Positions 24,918 through 33,846 of a stretch of DNA of 45,437 nt are shown here, in pieces. The notes beneath the pieces are model-generated. The model worked only from the letters and a program-made list of their open reading frames with translations, did no database searches and had not been told where the DNA came from. Position 1 is the first letter of the stretch; each line of letters opens with the position of its first letter. A program made the position numbers and the translations under genes. Origin of the DNA: Planctomycetota bacterium (GTDB lineage: Bacteria; Planctomycetota; UBA1135; UBA2386). The stretch is taken from contig CANGSN010000002.1 in the NCBI GenBank assembly GCA_947455805.1, forward strand, positions 1 to 45,437, written 5' to 3'.

Positions 24918-26870
24918 ATGACGCCACTCCGTCTCGTCTCCTTCGCACTGCTCGGTGCGACGCTCGCCGCCCAGCAGCAGGTGACCCTCCCCGACAATCA
25001 CTACTTCAGTGAGAGCAACCTGCAGCTCAACAATGTCGGCACCACCGCCTGGTGGCGCCCGACCGCCGGCCGCATGCAGATCCTCTACGAGGGCTCGAAC
25101 TTCACTGGCGTGACCGGGCCGATCTTCATCACGAAGATCAAGTTCCGCGGTGAGGACGGCGAGATCAACCTCGGCGGCCAGGTCTACACGGGCGTCAACG
25201 TCGCCGTCGGCTCGACCTCGGTGACCAACGCGACGATGACGAACACGTTCGCCAACAACCTGGCACCGACCCTGCCGGCGACCACGACGATGGGGACGAC
25301 GGTGACCACCAACGTCACGGTCGCGCCTTCGGTCGGCTCGATGCCGAACAACTGGAACATCGAGATCGACCTCGTGGCCCTCGGCGGCGCCATCGCGTTC
25401 GACCCGACCAGCAGCGAGCCGAACTTCCTGATCGACATCACGATGCCGAACGCGCCCAGCAATGCGGCGCCGCTGTCGCTGATCGCGATGGCGAACACGA
25501 CCGGCGGCTCGACGTTCATCCGCGGCGCCGGCGTGACGACGGCCACGCCAGGTTCTGCGACCGGAACGCTGAGCTCCATCCCGCTGATCGTCGGCGTCGA
25601 GTTCGCCGGCACCGGCGGCTTCAACCCGGTCGTCGTGGCCCGCAACGAAGTCTACGGCGGCGCCTGCGGCGGCTCGGCCTCGTCGTTCTACCAGGCGTTC
25701 CTGAACGGCCAGCAGTGGGACCTGAACAGCGGCCTGACGCTGACGCCGGACAATCCGACGGCGCCGACCTTCTACACGGTGTCGACCGGGGCTCCGGCCT
25801 TCGACGCGACCAAGGTGAACGCCACGGCCAACTCGATCGCCGACGACGCGCTGGTGACGCACGCACTGGGCTTCACGCACGCGTTCCCGGGCGGCTCGAC
25901 GAGCACGGTCGTCGCCAGCACCAACGGCTTCGTCTGGCTCGACCCGACGATGAACGACAACCAGTTCGCCGGCGTCGTCAGCCGCCTGCTCGGCGACCCG
26001 GTCACCGGCTCGACGGCGCCGATCGTGCAATACAGCGGTGGTCGCTACGCCCTGTATTGGCACGACCTGAACATGAGCAAGAACCTGACGCTGAACCCGC
26101 AGGCCGGCTTGCACGTGTTGACCGACACCAGCGGCGGCCCCGGCAACGCGGTCGCCTACGTGACCTGGCGCGACGTCGCCGAGTTCAACACGGTCGGTCC
26201 GTCGTCCGGCGTCACGCCGATCACCGGGCACACGATCTGGAACTTCCAGTGCGTGATCTACGAGGCGACCGGCGTCGTCGAGTTCCGTTACGGCAGCATG
26301 CCGCAGTTCACGACCTCCAGCGGTTCGACCCTCGGCCACCACGCGGCGATCGTCGGCTTCTCGCAGGGTCGCCTCGGCGGCCTCTCCGGCGTCAACTCGG
26401 TGGATCCGCAGTCGCGCGACCTGTCGATCGAGCCGGCGTTCACGACGTCGCCCGAAGGCTCGTTCGGCAACATCGGCCAGACCGCGGTGACCACGCCGGT
26501 GGCCGGCGGCGTCCAATACAACGGCCGCCTGTTCGCCGGCCAGACGGTGGCGTGGAACGCGAACAACGTCCCGCCCGGCTCGCTGCTCGGCGTGCAGTTC
26601 CTGGACATCGCGGCCGTTCGCCCCGGCATCCAGTTCCCGACGATCACGGCGCCGGGCTGCATGATCAGCCTGACGCCGACGGCGCTCGCCTGGGAGACGT
26701 TCGTGCTGCCGGGCGCGAATGTGACTGGTTCGGTGACGCTGACGATCCCGGCCGGTCTGGATGGTGTGGATCTGCACGCGCAGTTCCTGGTGCTCGACGG
26801 TCTGTTCGGCGGCCCGAACCTCGTCACCTCGTCGAGCAACGCCATCCGCCACACGATCGGTCAGAACTGA
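24918..26870 (+). CDS. secreted hypothetical protein (650 aa) carrying the shared C-terminal module
   Basis: From the internal ATG at 24918, with a signal peptide (MTPLRLVSFALLGATLAAQQQ). The body is Thr/Asn/Gly-rich and beta-like. The last ~135 aa (…APGCMISLTP…SSNAIRHTIGQN) align with the shared module. Confidence 0.82.
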   Translation: MTPLRLVSFALLGATLAAQQQVTLPDNHYFSESNLQLNNVGTTAWWRPTAGRMQILYEGSNFTGVTGPIFITKIKFRGEDGEINLGGQVYTGVNVAVGSTSVTNATMTNTFANNLAPTLPATTTMGTTVTTNVTVAPSVGSMPNNWNIEIDLVALGGAIAFDPTSSEPNFLIDITMPNAPSNAAPLSLIAMANTTGGSTFIRGAGVTTATPGSATGTLSSIPLIVGVEFAGTGGFNPVVVARNEVYGGACGGSASSFYQAFLNGQQWDLNSGLTLTPDNPTAPTFYTVSTGAPAFDATKVNATANSIADDALVTHALGFTHAFPGGSTSTVVASTNGFVWLDPTMNDNQFAGVVSRLLGDPVTGSTAPIVQYSGGRYALYWHDLNMSKNLTLNPQAGLHVLTDTSGGPGNAVAYVTWRDVAEFNTVGPSSGVTPITGHTIWNFQCVIYEATGVVEFRYGSMPQFTTSSGSTLGHHAAIVGFSQGRLGGLSGVNSVDPQSRDLSIEPAFTTSPEGSFGNIGQTAVTTPVAGGVQYNGRLFAGQTVAWNANNVPPGSLLGVQFLDIAAVRPGIQFPTITAPGCMISLTPTALAWETFVLPGANVTGSVTLTIPAGLDGVDLHAQFLVLDGLFGGPNLVTSSSNAIRHTIGQN

Positions 26871-26891
26871 TCGAGGCGGTTGCATGGAGCC

Positions 26892-26930
26892 GGTGACGCG
26901 GCCGCGCTGCTTGGCTCGCGGCCGCTCACC
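26892..26930. terminator. GC-rich hairpin between convergent genes
   Basis: GGTGACGCGGCCGCG (26892-26906), a 10-nt loop, then CGCGGCCGCTCACC (26917-26930). The arms are complementary apart from one bulged base. There is no U-tract. Confidence 0.4.
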
Positions 26931-26964
26931 AGCCGCAGGCGCAGGGCACGGTCGTGGCGCGCCT

Positions 26965-27678
26965 CTAATCAGGCCGCTCGACCTGCTCCCATTCGAGCCC
27001 GGCTACCTTCGCGAGCTCGAGCACTCGTTCGAACGGCCGAGAGTCCAAGGCGGTCGCCCACAAACAGAGCCCCTCCTGCGTTTCGACGACGAGGTCGGCA
27101 TCGCCGTAGAGCCGCACTGGTTCGAAGAACCAGGGAATGTCGAGAACCGGCAAGCGCGGCAGGTGCTCGACGATCGCAGCGCAGACGGATTCCTGGGCCG
27201 CCACGCCGTAGGCGCGGAAGAGCGTTCGGGGCGAGTTCTTCACCCCGAGAAGCAACCACCAGACCGCCAGGTCGCAGATGCTCGGCGCTGCCTGACGCAG
27301 GTTCCGCTCGTCGTCGGCGAGGAGCACCACAGCGGGGTCCGTCTCGTGCAATGCCGCCAAGGGGATCGCCCATCGATGCACTCCCTGGTTCTCGCAGGCA
27401 ATCACCAGATGTCCCTGGTCGACGCACAGTTCGTGCGGCGCATACAGAACGTCCTGCACGTTCCACGCATCGGTGCGATGCCCGAATCGCTCGTGGAGCT
27501 CGCGCAGGGCGGCCGGCAATGCAAAGCCGAGCCGCGCTTCGGCTCGGTCCAGTTCGCCGGGCTTCGTCGTCGGTGCGGCCCCATCGCCATACCAATCGGA
27601 GAGCAACCCCGCGACGTGGCGCCACTTCGCTTCACGTGCAGACGATCCACCCGACGCGGAGTCCTCGATGCGTGTCAT
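26965..27678 (-). CDS. SMI1/KNR4 (SUKH-1) family immunity-like protein
   Basis: ELDRAEARLGFALPAALRELHERFG is the characteristic SMI1_KNR4 N-terminal motif. 237 aa with no signal peptide. Confidence 0.78.
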   Translation of the reverse strand: MTRIEDSASGGSSAREAKWRHVAGLLSDWYGDGAAPTTKPGELDRAEARLGFALPAALRELHERFGHRTDAWNVQDVLYAPHELCVDQGHLVIACENQGVHRWAIPLAALHETDPAVVLLADDERNLRQAAPSICDLAVWWLLLGVKNSPRTLFRAYGVAAQESVCAAIVEHLPRLPVLDIPWFFEPVRLYGDADLVVETQEGLCLWATALDSRPFERVLELAKVAGLEWEQVERPD

Positions 27679-27688
27679 GCAGCAGCCT

Positions 27689-28135
27689 TCATAGCCCCTT
27701 GACGACCCGCACTGGGCTCGTCGAACCGTCCAGACAGAAGCTCACCACCATCCACATGCGATCGAACACGAACCCGCGCCTCTGCAGCCCCACGTAGTAG
27801 CCGAGCTCGGCTTCTTCGACCCGCGCTTCCGGCTCCGATTCGCCGAGCATCGCCACGATCTCGGCGCGCGTTCGCCCCTTCCACGACCCCACAGCCATCA
27901 TGCAATCCAGCATCGCGAAGCGAACGCCCTCAGCGACGCACGCCGGATCGCGCCAGCGCACAGGGTCGAAGTTGCACCCGGGGTAGACGATCGGCCTGAG
28001 CGCGCTGGCGACGATCACGAGCACGCAGAAGCCGGCGAGCCAGGCCAGGGAGCGCGGAATCGCGACTCCATCGGAGCGCAGCGCAGCTCGCAATCCCGCC
28101 GAAGCCGTCACGGCATCTGAGGCCCTGAGTCTCAT
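27689..28135 (-). CDS. membrane-anchored hypothetical protein (BamE/SmpA-like small domain?)
   Basis: One TM helix (LAWLAGFCVLVIVASAL). The segment WKGRTRAEIVAMLGE...LGYYVG...MVVSFCLDG resembles the SmpA/OmlA fold pattern. It lies 10 nt upstream of the SUKH gene. Confidence 0.6.
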   Translation of the reverse strand: MRLRASDAVTASAGLRAALRSDGVAIPRSLAWLAGFCVLVIVASALRPIVYPGCNFDPVRWRDPACVAEGVRFAMLDCMMAVGSWKGRTRAEIVAMLGESEPEARVEEAELGYYVGLQRRGFVFDRMWMVVSFCLDGSTSPVRVVKGL

Positions 28136-28161
28136 GGGAGCTCGTCGTTCCTACACCCGCC

Positions 28162-28848
28162 CTACAAGAGCTTGCTCCAGAACTCGATCGGCGGAATCGA
28201 GTCGGGCCACGTACGACGCCCTGGGAGTTCGAACTCATGGCGCAGGTAGTCCTCGAGATCGAAGCCGTAGTAGATGACGTCCGTCTGGTGCACGGAGAAC
28301 ACCGGGTTTCCCGCTCGATGGGGGCTGGCTGGGATCATTCGGTGCAAGAACACCGGAACGAGCTTCGGCGCAGCATCGAGGAACTTGGCCGCCACCAGCT
28401 TGGCCTCGGCGGCAGAGTCCGGACGCGTACCCCATTCCGCCATCCAGACCTCATTGTGCTCGACGTCGAACAGGACCCCTTCTTTCGGCCCGTCCATCCA
28501 AGATCTCAGCGAGCCGTCGACACCTGCCCGCCAGTCTGGGAAACCGTCGCCCTTCGGGAGCGCAGTCTGCAAGAACCTCCGCAGGTCTGGCGGGAACCTG
28601 AATCCGTACTTCCGCTCGATCTGAGCAACCTCCCGGTCCGTGAGCCCAGACTCGAACGTGACGACGAATGGCTTCGTCTCGGGCGTGACGATCCCGTGGT
28701 AGTACTCAGCGCCGGTCAACTCCGCGACGAGCTTGGTCCAGTCCATGGCTCCTGCCTCCGGTCCCTGGGACGCCCGGTGGACCGCGCATGACGCCATCAT
28801 GGCTGCACACGCAAGGCTGCCCAACATCTTGCTTCGGATCACCTGCAT
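28162..28848 (-). CDS. SMI1/KNR4 (SUKH)-like immunity-type protein
   Basis: LTDREVAQIERKYGFRFPPDLRRFLQTALP is a SUKH-type motif. The N-terminal MLGSLACAAMMASC could be a lipobox. The alternative cytoplasmic start is the ATG at 28746 (MDWTKLV...). Confidence 0.7.
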   Translation of the reverse strand: MQVIRSKMLGSLACAAMMASCAVHRASQGPEAGAMDWTKLVAELTGAEYYHGIVTPETKPFVVTFESGLTDREVAQIERKYGFRFPPDLRRFLQTALPKGDGFPDWRAGVDGSLRSWMDGPKEGVLFDVEHNEVWMAEWGTRPDSAAEAKLVAAKFLDAAPKLVPVFLHRMIPASPHRAGNPVFSVHQTDVIYYGFDLEDYLRHEFELPGRRTWPDSIPPIEFWSKLL

Positions 28849-28906
28849 CTTCGCACGTCGTGTTCACGCATCCGCCGCGAGCGGCGTTGCGGCGCTGGCC
28901 GGCTGC

Positions 28907-29305
28907 TCAGGTTGCGAACCGCCAGAAGCTGTCGTCTCTCCAGACACAAGCGACGAACCAGATCAGGTTGCCTGTGTCCAGCAGCAACAAGACGAGGCAC
29001 GCGATGCTCAGGCCAACGTTGGCAGGAGCGAGCAGAAGCCCTGCGACTACTGCCATGCCCACCAACGGAATGCCGGATACGTTGCGGTACCTGCCTCTTC
29101 GCCTCAGAAAGTGATACACGAGAGGGCGTAGGAAGGAGAGGTAGAAGTTGAGGACGCAGATCCACGCGCCCAGGCAGAAGACCGAGTAGGCAAGCACGGT
29201 GCACGAGCCGCCGAAAAGCCTCCGCTCGACGAAGATCGACCCAATCGGCACCGCAAGCAGCAAGAGGACTGCGATGACAGCGATGCTCTTCCGTACGACG
29301 ATCAT
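28907..29305 (-). CDS. small polytopic membrane protein (132 aa)
   Basis: From the internal ATG at 29305, with four hydrophobic helices (IAVIAVLLLLAVPIGSIF, CTVLAYSVFCLGAWICVL, IPLVGMAVVAGLLLA, LSIACLVLLLLD). I recognise no family. Confidence 0.6.
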   Translation of the reverse strand: MIVVRKSIAVIAVLLLLAVPIGSIFVERRLFGGSCTVLAYSVFCLGAWICVLNFYLSFLRPLVYHFLRRRGRYRNVSGIPLVGMAVVAGLLLAPANVGLSIACLVLLLLDTGNLIWFVACVWRDDSFWRFAT

Positions 29306-29384
29306 GCCCACCCGACTTCTTTGACCCTCAGCCGCGAGCGCTGCTGCGGCGCTCTCCGGCTTCAAGGTCGTGTTGGGCAGCAGT

Positions 29385-29852
29385 CTATCGTCCCCTGATC
29401 GTCCGATCGCGTGCACCCGACCAGGATCTGATGTGGAGGACGTTTCCCGGCTCCATGCCTCGCAGGTCCGGCTCCTCGGTCGCCGTCAGGATGCCGGAGC
29501 CGGACCACTTGCCGTCGCGTGTCCAGTCTCCGACGAGCGTCTCGTCGAGCATCAAGGAGCGAATGAAGCTGATCGGGTCGCTTTCGGGCCATGGAACCGG
29601 AACCGGCCAGTCGAAGTGCATGTGGAACATGCCAAAGCCCACGGTGATCTCCCCCCCATCGGTGGTGACCCAGAACTCGCAATCCTGTCGGACCGGTCCC
29701 GGCTCGAGGTGAATCAGCAGCAGACCATTCTCGGCGCGGGCGTGGTCGCGGAGGCTCGGAACGGCGGCGAAGAGCGCGTCAGCGAATGATCGTGAAAAGT
29801 CGTCAAGTCCGTCCATTGTCCGCAAACCTGCCTGCCCAACGTCTTTGCCCAT
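29385..29852 (-). CDS. hypothetical cytoplasmic protein (155 aa)
   Basis: Track ORF with balanced composition. Its ATG (29852-29850) overlaps the stop of the upstream gene as ATGA. I recognise no family. Confidence 0.6.
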   Translation of the reverse strand: MGKDVGQAGLRTMDGLDDFSRSFADALFAAVPSLRDHARAENGLLLIHLEPGPVRQDCEFWVTTDGGEITVGFGMFHMHFDWPVPVPWPESDPISFIRSLMLDETLVGDWTRDGKWSGSGILTATEEPDLRGMEPGNVLHIRSWSGARDRTIRGR

Positions 29853-30262
29853 CAGCCGCCGGCGCCGCTTGGGGCGCCGGCCGGCTGCTTGGGCTTGTTG
29901 GGCGGTGCTTGCCCCCTCCCCCGCAACACGAGGCGTAGAGCAACGGCGATGGCGACGGAGGGGATCGAGTAGATTGCGCCGTAAGCCCAGCCGAAGTACA
30001 GCGCGAAGGTCCGCTTGGCACCGTCGGCAAGAAGACGGTCGAGCACCTCCGGTGGCGGGTCTGGCTGATCAGCAAGGTCTGCCAAGTGCTCGAAGTAGAA
30101 GTAGACTGCGCCGTTTGCGAGTATCCACCCTACAAGTGAAGTCCACAGTGTGAGCAGCGCCCATGATGCCGTGGAGTGACGAAGGAGCCGGCGGGTGAAC
30201 ACAGCTGGCTGCAGCAGCAGGAATGCTGCGACGCAAGCGACACATGCACAGTGACTCCACAT
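29852..30262 (-). CDS. small polytopic membrane protein (136 aa)
   Basis: From the internal ATG at 30262 (MWSHCACVACVAAFLLLQ...), with 3-4 hydrophobic helices and a Pro/Gly-rich tail. It is the first gene of the six-gene minus-strand cluster. Confidence 0.6.
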   Translation of the reverse strand: MWSHCACVACVAAFLLLQPAVFTRRLLRHSTASWALLTLWTSLVGWILANGAVYFYFEHLADLADQPDPPPEVLDRLLADGAKRTFALYFGWAYGAIYSIPSVAIAVALRLVLRGRGQAPPNKPKQPAGAPSGAGG

Positions 30263-30585
30263 CCGCCCAACTCGTGTTCGAGGGAAGTGCCGAAAGCCGG
30301 CAGGCCTCGTTCCCCGCAGCCTATCGCCGCTCACCGACGCTGCAACCCGGCCGAGCACACCATCACCGGTCACCTGCACCGGCCTTCATGAGAAGTGCCT
30401 AACTCCGGAGCCGGGCAGGGCCCGAGCACCTCACGCGCGAACGAGTCTCCGCTCGCCCCTGAAGCCGCCAACCCCCGAGACGAGACCCGCGACCCAGCTC
30501 CCCACGCTCACGCCCCCTTCCCAAACGCCACCCACGCACTTCCCCGCACTTCCCCACCGCACCCTCCGCCGCACCGCCCCGCATC

Positions 30586-30601
30586 GCTATCCTGCTCGCC
30601 C
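30586..30601 (+). promoter_or_regulatory. GCTATCCTGCTCGCCC box upstream of argS
   Basis: A 15/16 match to 17262-17277 upstream of the ABC-F gene. It contains TATCCT (TAnnnT) and lies 19 nt before the GTG at 30620. Confidence 0.3.
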
Positions 30602-30619
30602 TTCCAACCGAGCACGAAC

Positions 30620-32350
30620 GTGACCGACCTGCACAGCCACCTGCGAGCCCGCCTGCTCACCGCCGTCACCGAACTCGGCCTGCCGCGCGCCGAGGCCGAA
30701 TCCCTGGTGCGCCTCGATCCGCCGAAGAACCGCGACCACGGCGACGTGGCACTCGGCACGTTCCAGCTGGCGAAGCTCGCCGGCAAGGCGCCGCCGGCGC
30801 TGGCGGCGGAGCTCGCGGCGAAGATCACCGCCGACGCCATCGTCGAGTCGGCCAGCGCGGCGGGGCCGTTCGTCAACTTCCGCTTTCGCCGTGGCGCGCT
30901 CGCCCGAGAAGTGCTGTCGGCGATCCAGGGTGATCTCGCGCCGTACGGCAAGGCCCGGAGCAACGGCCAGATCGTCTGCATCGACTTCAGCTCGCCGAAC
31001 ATCGCGAAGCCGTTCCACATCGGCCACATGCGAAGCACGGTGATCGGCAACTCCCTGTGCCGCATCCATCGCCATCAAGGGGCGACCGTGCACGGCATCA
31101 ACCACCTCGGCGACTGGGGCATGCCCTTCGCCAAGATGATGACGGCGTACATGCGCTGGGGGAACGAGCAGGAGCTGCACAAGTCGCCGATGCGCTACAT
31201 GTTCGACCTCTACAAGCGCTACGGCGTCGAAGTGAAGCAGAACCCTGCGCTCGACGACGAGGCGGCGGCGCACTTCCGCGCGCTCGAGAGCGGTGCGGAC
31301 AATCAGGAACGCCGCATGTGGCGGCTCCTGCGCGACGAGTCGCTGAAGGCGTTCCAGGGCCCGTACACGCGCCTCGGCGTCACGTTCGACCATGTCACCG
31401 GCGAGAGCTTCTTCGAGGACAAGATGGAGGCGGCGATGCAGCGCGTCACCGCGTCCTCTGTGCTCGAGGACAGCGACGGCGCGCAGGTCGTCTGGCTGAA
31501 GGAACTCGGCATCAAGGAGCCGTGCCTCTTGCGCAAGAGCGACGGCACGACGCTCTACCACACGCGCGACCTCGCAGCGGCGTTCTACCGCGAGCAGCAG
31601 TTCCACCCGACGCGCATCCTCTACGTCGTCGGCGCCGAGCAGAAGCTGCACTTCGACCAGCTGAAGGGCGTGCTGACGAAGATGCAGGAGCCGATCGCCA
31701 AGGCGGTCGAGCACGTGCCGTTCGGCCTCGTGCTCAGCAAGACCGAGGACGGCAAGTGGGAGAAGTTCGCGTCGCGCGCCGGCAACGCCGTGTTCCTCGA
31801 CGAGATCCTCGACGAGAGCGTCGCCAAGGTGCGCTCGATCATCCGCGAGAAGAACCCCGACCTGCCCAACGCCGACGAGGTCGCCGAGCAGATCGGCGTG
31901 TCGGCGATCGTGTTCAACGACCTGAAGAACTCGCGCATCAAGGACGTGAAGTTCGACTGGGACGCGATGCTGAACTTCGACGGCGAGACCGGGCCGTACG
32001 TGCAGTTCGCGTGCGCGCGCCTGAGCTCGATCCTGCGCAAGGTCGGCACCCAGGTGCCGAGCGTCGACGCCATCGACTGCGACGTGCTGGCCGACGCCGA
32101 GCGCGTGCTGCTGGTGATGATGGACTTCGGGACCGCCGTGCAGCGCGCGGCCGAACAGAGCGAACCGAGCCATGTCACCGCACACACCATCGCGCTCGCC
32201 GGCGAGATCCACAGCTACCTGCGCGACCACTACGTCGTCGGCCAGGAAGCGAAGGTGCGCGACGCGCGCCTCGTGCTGGTCGACGCCGCGCGGCGCCTCT
32301 TGACCACCGGCCTGTCGCTGCTCGGCATCAAGGCGCCCGAACGCATGTGA
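30620..32350 (+). CDS. argS: arginine--tRNA ligase
   Basis: SSPNIAKPFHIGHMRSTVIGN contains the class I HIGH motif. The GDWG block, the anticodon-binding DALR-type C-terminus and the terminal ...LLGIKAPERM are typical of ArgRS. I chose the GTG at 30620 (VTDLHSHLRARL...), giving 576 aa. The upstream part of track ORF 30395.. is Pro-rich and non-coding-like. Confidence 0.93.
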   Translation: MTDLHSHLRARLLTAVTELGLPRAEAESLVRLDPPKNRDHGDVALGTFQLAKLAGKAPPALAAELAAKITADAIVESASAAGPFVNFRFRRGALAREVLSAIQGDLAPYGKARSNGQIVCIDFSSPNIAKPFHIGHMRSTVIGNSLCRIHRHQGATVHGINHLGDWGMPFAKMMTAYMRWGNEQELHKSPMRYMFDLYKRYGVEVKQNPALDDEAAAHFRALESGADNQERRMWRLLRDESLKAFQGPYTRLGVTFDHVTGESFFEDKMEAAMQRVTASSVLEDSDGAQVVWLKELGIKEPCLLRKSDGTTLYHTRDLAAAFYREQQFHPTRILYVVGAEQKLHFDQLKGVLTKMQEPIAKAVEHVPFGLVLSKTEDGKWEKFASRAGNAVFLDEILDESVAKVRSIIREKNPDLPNADEVAEQIGVSAIVFNDLKNSRIKDVKFDWDAMLNFDGETGPYVQFACARLSSILRKVGTQVPSVDAIDCDVLADAERVLLVMMDFGTAVQRAAEQSEPSHVTAHTIALAGEIHSYLRDHYVVGQEAKVRDARLVLVDAARRLLTTGLSLLGIKAPERM

Positions 32351-32352
32351 AC

Positions 32353-32384
32353 GCGACGCGGCCGTGACGAGCACGGCCGGTCGC
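32353..32384 (+). terminator. hairpin immediately after argS
   Basis: GCGACGCGGCCGTG (32353-32366), a 5-nt loop, then CACGGCCGGTCGC (32372-32384), with one bulge. There is no U-tract. Confidence 0.4.
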
Positions 32385-32457
32385 GCGAACGGGAATCACC
32401 GGTAGCATCCGCGGGCTCGGCGCCGGCTGTCGGCGCCTCCGAACCGGAGAAGCCCAC

Positions 32458-33807
32458 GTGATGCACCACCGCCTGCTCGTCTCGAGCCTCGTCGTCCACG
32501 CCGTTCTCGCCACCGTCGCCGCCCAGACCAACTGGACGCTGCGCACGCCGGCGACCTCGCCGCTGCCGTTCACCGCGCACGCGATGGCGTTCCACCTGCC
32601 GAGCGACCGCCACGTGCTGTTCGGCGGCATCACCGGTGGCGTGCGCTACGACCAGACGTGGCTCTACGACGGCACCACGTGGACGCAGGCGACGCCGACG
32701 ACCGTGCCGCCAGCGCGCGTCGCGCACGCGATGGCCTACGACCAGAACCGCGGCGTGCTGGTCATGTTCGGCGGCGTTCCAGCAGCCGGCGGCCTGATCG
32801 GCGACACCTGGGAATGGGACGGCGGCAACTGGACGCAGCGCACACCCACGAACGCGCCGAGCCCGCGCCGTTCGTTCCCGCTGGTGTTCCACCCCGGCCG
32901 CGGCACCACCGTGCTGTGGGGCGGCTACACCACCACCGACCTGAACGACATGTGGGAGTGGGACGGCACCAACTGGACGCAGATCACGCCGGCGAACAGT
33001 CCGTCGCCGCGGCGCGCCAGCGACATGGCCTACGACCCGACGACCGGCAACCTGATCCTGTTCAGCGGGTACCTGATGGGCGCCGACACCTGGTCGTTCG
33101 ACGGTGCCACCTGGACGCAGCTGTCGCCGGCCGTGTCGCCGTCGGCGCGCTTCGACCACTCGATGGTCACCGACACCGCGCGCGGCCGCATCGTGATGTT
33201 CGGCGGCCCGGGTGCGGCCGACCAATGGGAATGGAACGGCGCCGCCGGCACGTGGCTCCAGCGCACGCCGGCGACGCTGCCGTCGGCGCGCAGCGACACC
33301 TACCTGTCGTACGACCTGATCCGCGAGGAGATCCTGATGTTCGGCAGCGTCGCGGTGCCGGAGACGTGGCGCTACGCGCCGGTCGCCTCGGCGTTCTTCG
33401 CGACCTTCGGCAACGGCTGCGCCGGCACGCTCGGCCAGGCGCCGTCGCTGGTCAGCAGCGACCGGCCGTGGCTCGCGGAGACGTTCGAGATGGCGATCAC
33501 GCCGGTGCCGGCGAACACGATCGGCATCGTCGTCATGGGCCTCAGCAACACGTTCTCGGGGGCGGTGCCGCTGCCGGTGTCGCTGGCGGCGATCGGCATG
33601 CCGGGCTGCGACCTGCAGGTCGATCCAGTGCTGATCGGCGGCCTGCTGGCGACGGGCACGACGGCCAACTGGGCGCTGGCGATCCCGAACGATCCGGTGC
33701 TGCAAGGCGGCGACATCTACGTGCAAGGCGGCGCGTTCGACGCCGGCGCCAACGCCGCGGGGCTGATCGTCGCCAACCACGGCCAGCTGCGCATGGGCGG
33801 CAAGTGA
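32458..33807 (+). CDS. secreted Kelch-type beta-propeller protein plus the shared C-terminal module
   Basis: Signal peptide. Six repeats each carry (N/T)W(T/L)(L/Q)xxP plus P(S/P)(A/P)R and (M/L)FGG. The last 133 aa (FGNGCAGT...MPGCDLQVDP...) are the shared module. The start is GTG at 32458 or ATG at 32461. Confidence 0.88.
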   Translation: MMHHRLLVSSLVVHAVLATVAAQTNWTLRTPATSPLPFTAHAMAFHLPSDRHVLFGGITGGVRYDQTWLYDGTTWTQATPTTVPPARVAHAMAYDQNRGVLVMFGGVPAAGGLIGDTWEWDGGNWTQRTPTNAPSPRRSFPLVFHPGRGTTVLWGGYTTTDLNDMWEWDGTNWTQITPANSPSPRRASDMAYDPTTGNLILFSGYLMGADTWSFDGATWTQLSPAVSPSARFDHSMVTDTARGRIVMFGGPGAADQWEWNGAAGTWLQRTPATLPSARSDTYLSYDLIREEILMFGSVAVPETWRYAPVASAFFATFGNGCAGTLGQAPSLVSSDRPWLAETFEMAITPVPANTIGIVVMGLSNTFSGAVPLPVSLAAIGMPGCDLQVDPVLIGGLLATGTTANWALAIPNDPVLQGGDIYVQGGAFDAGANAAGLIVANHGQLRMGGK

Positions 33808-33846
33808 CCGCCTGAGCGCGCCGCGCGCCGTCGGCGGAACGTCGCG

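Noticed and set aside
23930-24997. Upstream 356 aa of track ORF 23405..24997, and upstream 375 aa of track ORF 22949..24727.
   Set aside because: Only the C-terminal parts match the GNAT and FolE families. The extensions run antisense through each other and through the SRPBCC gene, with artefactual composition.
33808-33846. A possible terminator between the Kelch gene and the fused-sigma gene (ccgcc...ggcgg with an inner gcgcg/cgcgc).
   Set aside because: The stems are short and imperfect, in DNA where GC palindromes arise by chance. It is not distinguishable from background.
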